Part shown: positions 62,714-64,000 of the stretch, piece after piece
How positions within the stretch are numbered: the stretch's first letter is position 1
How the letters are laid out: each line of letters opens with the position of its first letter
Source: Candidatus Methylomirabilia bacterium
Lineage (GTDB): Bacteria; Methylomirabilota; Methylomirabilia; Rokubacteriales; CSP1-6
Assembly: GCA_041497115.1 (NCBI GenBank)
Contig: JBGQFW010000003.1
Span: 15,120 to 79,119, forward strand
Direction of reading: 5' to 3'
DNA: 64,000 nucleotides
Program-made: the position numbers and the translations under genes
The notes under the pieces: model-generated
Seen by the model: only the letters and a program-made list of their open reading frames with translations
What the model was told of the DNA's origin: nothing
Databases searched by the model: none

Positions 62714-64000
62714 GTGGTGACGAACGGCGAGCGCAAGCCCTGGCACGCGATCTTCCGGCTGCTGGAGCGCGACGAGCGCGTCTTCGCCGTCCTGCTGGCC
62801 GTGGCCATGGTCGGCGGTCTCGCCACCCTCGGCCTCGTTCCCCTCCGGCCGCGCCAGGAGATCGACCTCTACTCGCTGGTGATCTGGTTCGCGCTCTACA
62901 AGCTCGGCATCTTCGCCCTCGTCACGGTTCAGCCGCGCGCGACGCGCGGCATCTTCCTGGGCGCCCTCGGCATCGATCTGCTGCTCGTCTTCGTGCTCGT
63001 GTTCCTCACCGGCGGCGGCGGCAGCCTCTTCTACCTGCTGTTCTTCCCGCTGGTCGCCGTCAACGGGTACTACTTCGGGCCGTGGATCGCGTTCGTGGCC
63101 GCGCTCACCGCGGGCGGGCTCATGGCGGCGGCCGCCGCGCTGGCGCCGCCGTGGATCGGCTGGACCGGCGTGACGCTCCTCGTCGTGCTGTTCGGCCTGC
63201 CGGCGGTGATCGTCGGCATCGTGGCCGAGCGCGAGCGCGGGGCGCGCGGTGAAGTCGAGCGGCTCAACGACGAGCTGACGGGGACGCTGAGCCGGCTGCA
63301 GGCCGCGCAGCAGGAGCTGCTCGTCTCCGAGCGGTTGGCGACGGTGGGCCGGCTCTCCCTCAGGGTCGCGCACGAGGTGCGCAACCCCATCAGCGCCATC
63401 GAGCTCAACGCCGAGATGCTCGAGGACATCGTGCGCGCGCGCACCGGGGCGGACATGGAGGAGGCGGGCGGGCTCGTGTCGGCCATCCGCGACCAGGTCA
63501 CCACGCTCGACGCGCTCACCGAGGAGTACCTGGCCTTCGCGCGCTTTCCCAAGGCGCACTTCGAGGAGGAATCGATCAACCAGCTCGTCGAGGAGCTGGC
63601 GGCCTTCATCCGCCCGGTGGCCGATCGCCAGGGGCTGACCATGCGGGTCGAGACCGACCCGGCGGTTCCCATGATGGAGATCGATCGCACGCTGCTCCGC
63701 CTGGCCATCCACAACCTCGTGAAGAACGGCCTCGAGGCGCTCTCGCGCGGCGGGGCGCTGACGATCTCGAGCCGCGCGCTGGGCGACACCGTCGAGATCG
63801 CGGTGGCCGACACCGGGCCGGGGATCGCGCCCGAGGTGGCGCCGCGCGTCTTCGAGCAGTTCTTCACGACCAAGCCGCAGGGCACCGGGCTCGGGCTGGC
63901 GATCTCGCGCCAGATCATCGAGGAGCACGGCGGCGACCTGCGCTGGGCCAACCGGCCGGGCGGCGGCGCGGTGTTCACCATCCGGCTGCCGGTGAAGGTC
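62714..64000 (+). CDS. sensor histidine kinase (partial; runs off window end)
   Basis: Five-TM N-terminus, then HisKA (LSLRVAHEVRNPISAI) and HATPase_c (NLVKNGLEA...DTGPGI...GTGLGLAIS). It is absent from the ORF track because it has no stop in the window. Confidence 0.8.
   Translation, partial: MVTNGERKPWHAIFRLLERDERVFAVLLAVAMVGGLATLGLVPLRPRQEIDLYSLVIWFALYKLGIFALVTVQPRATRGIFLGALGIDLLLVFVLVFLTGGGGSLFYLLFFPLVAVNGYYFGPWIAFVAALTAGGLMAAAAALAPPWIGWTGVTLLVVLFGLPAVIVGIVAERERGARGEVERLNDELTGTLSRLQAAQQELLVSERLATVGRLSLRVAHEVRNPISAIELNAEMLEDIVRARTGADMEEAGGLVSAIRDQVTTLDALTEEYLAFARFPKAHFEEESINQLVEELAAFIRPVADRQGLTMRVETDPAVPMMEIDRTLLRLAIHNLVKNGLEALSRGGALTISSRALGDTVEIAVADTGPGIAPEVAPRVFEQFFTTKPQGTGLGLAISRQIIEEHGGDLRWANRPGGGAVFTIRLPVKV

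Noticed and set aside
63070-63981. 303-aa minus ORF at the window end
   Set aside because: Antisense to the histidine kinase gene (HisKA and HATPase_c motifs on the plus strand); S/R/A-rich.

Overview
This window is a high-GC (about 70%) bacterial chromosomal segment that is densely packed with genes. Many adjacent genes overlap at start and stop codons (ATGA, GTGA, TGATG), and GTG/TTG starts are common. The six-frame ORF track contains many long antisense ORFs rich in R, A, G and P; I rejected these on amino-acid composition, and because codon-position GC (GC3 above 90%) points to the other strand.

Most of the window is ordinary accessory metabolism:
- acyl-CoA handling: two enoyl-CoA hydratase family genes (one divergent from an acyl-CoA dehydrogenase plus family III CoA-transferase pair, one possibly N-terminally truncated)
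- a MerR regulator with a 19-bp-spacer promoter, next to SDR and nitroreductase genes
- a MarR, RND adaptor and RND pump efflux operon
- two luciferase-like (F420-type) oxidoreductases and a DinB_2 protein
- a class-III aminotransferase with a PIG-L deacetylase
- two amidases, one paired with RidA and one with a GAF protein
- a family-5 ABC importer (binding protein and two permeases, no ATPase genes) followed by an FAD-dependent oxidase
- a phnDCE phosphonate/phosphite transporter
- tag, a creatininase-family gene, panE, pcp, pncA, two MFS transporters, an MBL hydrolase and a HAD hydrolase
- a 2Fe-2S plus molybdopterin two-subunit oxidoreductase
- a toxin-antitoxin pair in toxin-first order

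The unusual content is as follows. A small SelW/Rdx-family gene at 32169-32396 has an in-frame UGA inside a C-x-x-U motif and a hairpin just downstream, consistent with a selenoprotein. A second in-frame TGA splits a DUF2892-like membrane ORF at 42781-43144. A roughly 12-kb gene at 45798-57800 encodes a roughly 4000-aa secreted protein with a 7-blade beta-propeller followed by about 26-28 tandem Calx-beta domains. Around it lie a 604-aa unknown protein with tandem Pro-rich repeats and a poly-Pro16 tract, a coiled-coil protein, and two paralogous RRM-type glycine-rich RNA-binding proteins with similar leaders. At 26758-26892, beside the phn operon, there is a leftover fragment of a response-regulator gene.

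I found no rRNA, tRNA or CRISPR arrays, and no transposase or integrase genes.
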